Shown: piece by piece, positions 59,164 through 64,000 of the stretch | Numbering within the stretch: the stretch's first letter is position 1 | How the letters are laid out: the number at the start of each line of letters is the position of its first letter | Source of the DNA: Eledone cirrhosa | Lineage: Eukaryota | Reading direction: 5' to 3' | Assembly: GCA_964016885.1 (NCBI GenBank) | Contig: OZ024751.1 | Location: forward strand, 620,001 to 684,000 | Length of the DNA: 64,000 nt | Translations under genes and position numbers: made by a program | The notes under the pieces: generated by a model | Told to the model about the DNA's origin: nothing | Databases searched by the model: none | Seen by the model: the letters and a program-made list of their open reading frames with translations, nothing else

Positions 59164-59390
59164 GGCGGTGAATAGGCAGTATCGGTAGAGCGTCAGACAC
59201 CATGCTATGCAGCATAGAGTTACAGCCCTTTACGTTCTGAGTGCAAATCCACCGAGGTTAGCTTTGCCTTTCATCCTTACGGTGTCGATAAAGTAAAGTA
59301 CCAGTAACGCACTGGGTCGATTTAATCGACTTTCCCCTTCCCCTTCAAATTGCTGACCTTGTGCCTAAAGTAGAAACAATTGTTATTATT
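59164..59390 (+). mobile_element. Near full-length tRNA-derived SINE
   Basis: A box (AGGCAGTATCGG), B box (GAGTGCAAATCC), body GCCTTTCATCC...GTCGATAAAGTAAAGTACCAG, tail CCTTGTGCCTAAAGTAGAAACAATT plus TTA repeats. Several homologous copies occur in the window. Confidence 0.85.
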
Positions 59391-59394
59391 GTTG

Positions 59395-59730
59395 GTTTGT
59401 AAGAATCGTTAGAACATCGGACAAATGCTTTTTGGCAGTTAGCTAACGACTCTATACATTCTGTGTTCAAATCCAGCTGAAGTCAGCTTTACTGGGGTCG
59501 ATTAAATAAAGTATCAGTAAAGTACTGTGGCCTTGTGCCTGTTAGAAACAACTACTTTTTGGCAGAATCGGTAGGGCGTCAGACAAAAGGCTCTTTACAT
59601 TATGAGTTCAAATCCCGCCGGTGTCAACGTTGCCTTTCATCCTTCCGCGGTCGATAAAATAAAGTACCAGTTAAGAACTGGGGTTTATATAATCGATTGT
59701 TTCCTGTCACTAAATATTTGACCCAGTGCC
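59395..59730 (+). mobile_element. Two further head-to-tail degenerate copies of the same SINE
   Basis: AGAATCGTTAG...GTTCAAATCC (59402-59473) and TGGCAGAATCGGTAG...GAGTTCAAATCC (59560-59614). Confidence 0.8.
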
Positions 59731-59779
59731 TACCTTTTTTTTTTTTTTACCTCGAACTCCTGGTAGGGTCGTAGGGTCA

Positions 59780-60062
59780 CCGTAGTAACATATGGCGTTT
59801 CGCGGGCATTTTGAAACCTAGCGGAGCCCTCTTTAGGTCTGAACAGTCTATTTCTTCCAGAGAAAATAAGAGAAAGAGAGAGGGAGAGTGCGATATAAAG
59901 GTAGTGAAAAAGAGATATAGAGGAAGAATCGACCCAGTACTTGACTGGTACTTTTTTTTCATCAACCTCGAAAAAACAAAAAGAAAAGTTGACCTCGGCA
60001 GTATTTGAACTGAGAGAGTCGGAACGAGTACAACCTTCTAATGACTGCCAATTCACTGCCTC
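59780..60062 (-). mobile_element. Composite SINE-headed repeat homologous to 10590-10848
   Basis: Shared blocks: ccgt.gta..ata.ggcgtttc, acagt..atttcttccagagaa, gacc(c)cagtact, aaagttgacctcgg, gact(ct)gccaattc.c.gcc. Confidence 0.75.
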
Positions 60063-60570
60063 TAATAATGTTTACTATGCATTTTAAGATTTCTAGTTTT
60101 TATTTTTCTACACGTGTGCTTCTACCCATACAGATTTAGTTTCCTAATGAAATTTCTTAAGGCATATGTTTTTCAAATATTGGATCTTGCAGAAATATGT
60201 TTTCCAGGGTAGCATTAAGGAAGGAAAACGTATTTCTGCAAAATTTCTTTTAAAAAAAAAATGCATTATTCAAGTAGGTTACGAGGAAACTGTTATTTTG
60301 TGTTGTTGTTGGTGGTGGCATTAAACTGTAAATTGTATCTATATACGTGTGTGTATGTTTACCTTTGTCAGTGCCCGAGTCCCTTAACATAGCGGTTCGA
60401 AAACCGGTAAGTTTTCTAGGCTGTCTCCGTTGATGTTTTTAAAAACCAGAATTAGTTGTTTAGTTTACATATTGAGACTCCAACCCATCTTATTTATTAT
60501 ATAACGTGGGATTTCTAGTAATATACTTTTTTTTTTTGTCAATGTATAATGTTTTGTTAATGTTTAAAGA

Positions 60571-60650
60571 AAATTAATTGTCGCAGAAAGATATTAATTG
60601 TCGCAGAAAGATATTAATTGTCGCAGAAAGAAAATTAATTGTCGCCGGAG
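60571..60650. repeat. 20-bp tandem repeat x4 (ATATTAATTGTCGCAGAAAG)
   Basis: Direct reading. Confidence 0.9.
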
Positions 60651-60733
60651 ATAGATATTAGCAAAATTTGATAAGGAGGTGGGATTTGGAATAAGAGTGG
60701 ATGGGTGGAAAAAAATCTGAAAACTTAGAGACC

Positions 60734-60889
60734 CAGAGTGGGATTTACGTATAAGCTAAACAATCTATAGCTTAGGGCCCCCACACAAAAAACAGCGACA
60801 ATTTGTCGCTGACATAGGACATCTGAACATATAAAGGGCCCCATTATCTCAAATAGCTTAGGGCCTCATCAAATCGAAATCCGGCCCTG
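60734..60889. mobile_element. 156-bp hAT-type MITE with a perfect 8-bp TSD
   Basis: TSD TAGAGACC at 60726-60733 and 60890-60897. Imperfect TIRs CAGAGTGGGATTT / AAATCCGGCCCTG. Internal direct repeat ATAGCTTAGGGCC x2. Confidence 0.85.
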
Positions 60890-61359
60890 TAGAGACCCGA
60901 GAGTACCTCTCATGAGCTTCTAAATGGTTACACGACTTGCTAGAAATAGCAACCCAGCTGCCCTCAAAATCGTATCCATACATCGAAAAAATAGCGAAAA
61001 AAACAGAAAAGAAAAGGGGGAGGTTAGGTCTAGAACGCCCTTCAATTTAGCGCCATGTGTTAGTTATTGTTTGTTGTTGGAAAAAATGTGTATTGTGTGT
61101 GTTGTTGTTATTGTTGGTGGAGGCGGTGGTGATGTGTGTATAGTGTGGTGGTTGTATTATATGTTGGTGGTGGTGGTTGTATTGTATGTTGTTGGTGGTG
61201 GTATAGTGTGGTGGACGTGGTGGTATAGAACGTGTTTTATTATTGGCTATATATATATTTTTTTTAAATAATAAAGAAAGCATTACTGGGAGGATATATG
61301 TTATTATTTTAATGGGTGTTGATTGTATGACAGTAGTTTGTAGCATGTGCTGTGTTGCT

Positions 61360-64000
61360 TATATATTATTGGGAGGCTGTATACTGTATATTGGGAGGTT
61401 GTGTATCTACTGTATATTGGGAGGTTGTATGTCTACTGTATATTGGGAGGTTGTATGTCTACAGTATATTGGGAGGTTGTATGTCTACAGTATATTGGGA
61501 GGTTGTATGTCTACAGTATATTGGGAGGTTGTGTGTCTACTGTATATTGGGAGGTTGTGTGTCTACTGTATATTGGGAGGTTGTATGTCTACTGTATATT
61601 GGGAGGTTGTATGTCTACAGTATATTGGGAGGTTGTGTGTCTACTGTATATTGGGAGGTTGTGTGTCTACTGTATATTGGGAGGTTGTATGTCTACTGTA
61701 TATTGGGAGGTTGTGTGTCTACTGTATATTGGGAGGTTGTATGTCTATTGTATATTGGGAGGTTGTGTGTCTACTGTATATTGGGAGGTTGTATGTCTAC
61801 TGTATATTGGGAGGTTGTATGTATACTGTATATTGGGAGGTTGTGTGTCTACTGTATATTGGGAGGTTGTATGTCTACTGTATATTGGGAGGTTGTATGT
61901 CTATTGTATATTGGGAGGTTGTGTGTCTACTGTATATTGGGAGGTTGTATGTCTACTGTATATTGGGAGGTTGTGTGTCTACAGTATATTGGGAGGTTGT
62001 GTGTCTACAGTATATTGGGAGGTTGTATGTCTATTGTATATTGGGAGGTTGTGTGTCTACTGTATATTGGGAGGTTGTGTGTCTACTGTATATTGGGAGG
62101 TTGTGTGTCTACTGTATATTGGGAGGTTGTGTGTCTACTGTATATTGGGAGGTTGTGTGTCTACTGTATATTGGGAGGTTGTGTGTCTACTGTATATTGG
62201 GAGGTTGTGTGTCTACTGTATATTGGGAGGTTGTGTGTCTACTGTATATTGGGAGGTTGTATGTCTACTGTATATTGGGAGGTTGTGTGTCTACTGTATA
62301 TTGGGAGGTTGTATGTCTATTGTATATTGGGAGGTTGTGTGTCTACTGTATATTGGGAGGTTGTATGTCTACTGTATATTGGGAGGTTGTATGTATACTG
62401 TATATTGGGAGGTTGTGTGTCTACTGTATATTGGGAGGTTGTGTGTCTACTGTATATTGGGAGGTTGTATGTCTACTGTATATTGGGAGGTTGTATGTCT
62501 ATTGTATATTGGGAGGTTGTGTGTCTACTGTATATTGGGAGGTTGTATGTCTACTGTATATTGGGAGGTTGTGTGTCTACAGTATATTGGGAGGTTGTGT
62601 GTCTACAGTATATTGGGAGGTTGTATGTCTATTGTATATTGGGAGGTTGTGTGTATACTGTATATTGGGAGGTTGTGTGTCTACTGTATATTGGGAGGTT
62701 GTGTGTCTACTGTATATTGGGAGGTTGTGTGTCTACTGTATATTGGGAGGTTGTGTGTCTACTGTATATTGGGAGGTTGTATGTCTACTGTATATTGGGA
62801 GGTTGTATGTCTACAGTATATTGGGAGGTTGTATGTCTACAGTATATTGGGAGGTTGTCTGTCTACTGTATATTGGGAGGTTGTGTGTCTACTGTATATT
62901 GGGAGGTTGTATGTCTACAGTATATTGGGAGGTTGTATGTCTACAGTATATTGGGAGGTTGTATGTCTACAGTATATTGGGAGGTTGTATGTCTACTGTA
63001 TATTGGGAGGTTGTGTGTCTACTGTATATTGGGAGGTTGTATGTCTACTGTATATTGGGAGGTTGTGTGTCTACAGTATATTGGGAGGTTGTGTGTCTAC
63101 TGTATATTGGGAGGTTGTGTGTCTACTGTATATTGGGAGGTTGTGTGTCTACTGTATATTGGGAGGTTGTATGTCTACTGTATATTGGGAGGTTGTGTGT
63201 CTACAGTATATTGGGAGGTTGTGTGTCTACTGTATATTGGGAGGTTGTGTGTCTACTGTATATTGGGAGGTTGTATGTCTACAGTATATTGGGGGGTTGT
63301 GTGTCTACTGTATATTGGGAGGTTGTGTGTCTACTGTATATTGGGAGGTTGTATGTCTACAGTATATTGGGGGGTTGTGTGTCTACTGTATATTGGGAGG
63401 TTGTATGTCTACAGTATATTGGGAGGTTGTATGTCTACTGTATATTGGGAGGTTGTATGTCTACAGTATATTGGGAGGTTGTGTGTCTACTGTATATTGG
63501 GAGGTTGTATGTCTACAGTATATTAGGAGGTTGTGTGTCTACAGTATATTGGGAGGTTGTATGTCTACAGTATATTGGGAGGTTGTATGTCTACTGTATA
63601 TTGGGAGGTTGTATGTCTACAGTATATTGGGAGGTTGTGTGTCTACTGTATATTGGGAGGTTGTATGTCTACAGTATATTAGGAGGTTGTGTGTCTACTG
63701 TATATTGGGAGGTTGTATGTCTACTGTATATTGGGAGGTTGTATGTCTACTGTATATTAGGAGGTTGTATGTCTACTGTATATTGGGAGGTTGTATGTCT
63801 ACAGTATATTGGGAGGTTGTATGTCTACTGTATATTGGGAGGTTGTATGTCTACTGTATATTAGGAGGTTGTATGTCTACTGTATATTGGGAGGTTGTAT
63901 GTCTACTGTATATTGGGAGGTTGTATGTCTACAGTATATTGGGAGGTTGTGTGTCTACTGTATATTGGGAGGTTGTATGTCTACTGTATATTAGGAGGTT
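61360..64000. repeat. 26-bp minisatellite TATATTGGGAGGTTGT(A/G)TGTCTAC(T/A)G, ~100 copies, runs off the window end
   Basis: 26-bp periodicity (GGG at 61445, 61471, ...) with two dimorphic positions. Confidence 0.98.

Noticed and set aside
59164-59260. tRNA gene
   Set aside because: A and B boxes are present but too widely spaced, there is no clean cloverleaf, and it continues into a multi-copy SINE body.
61243-63994. 873-aa and 724-aa Cys/Tyr/Val-rich ORFs
   Set aside because: Translations of a stop-free 26-bp repeat, with the same peptide in shifted frames.

Overview
Eukaryotic, AT- and microsatellite-rich genomic DNA. The tRNA-derived SINE-like repeats resemble those I recall from octopus genomes (recognition, not a database search). 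About 70% of the window is tandem repeat: a 20-bp G-rich minisatellite (883-3056), a ~39.5-kb C/A-rich satellite of 28+/-3n-bp units (14857-54310) containing a ~16.7-kb tandem duplication, and a 26-bp minisatellite (61360 to the window end). The only credible host coding sequences are two intact, highly diverged, co-oriented ~400-codon ORFs (7039-8235 and 56446-57657). Each encodes a DUF3504/Crypton-type tyrosine-recombinase-derived domain (KCTD1/KIAA1958/ZMYM-like), keeps HxxR but lacks the C-terminal GH...Y catalytic box, and ends at a consensus phase-0 splice donor. The best candidate for an undescribed system is therefore an array of alternative first exons encoding domesticated Crypton domains spliced to shared downstream exons outside this window. 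Also present: a 5'-truncated Tx1-like LINE inserted in (TATC)n, a decayed CRE-like RLE retrotransposon end, hAT-type MITEs with 8-bp TSDs, Penelope-type minimal hammerhead motifs and a ~240-bp fold-back.
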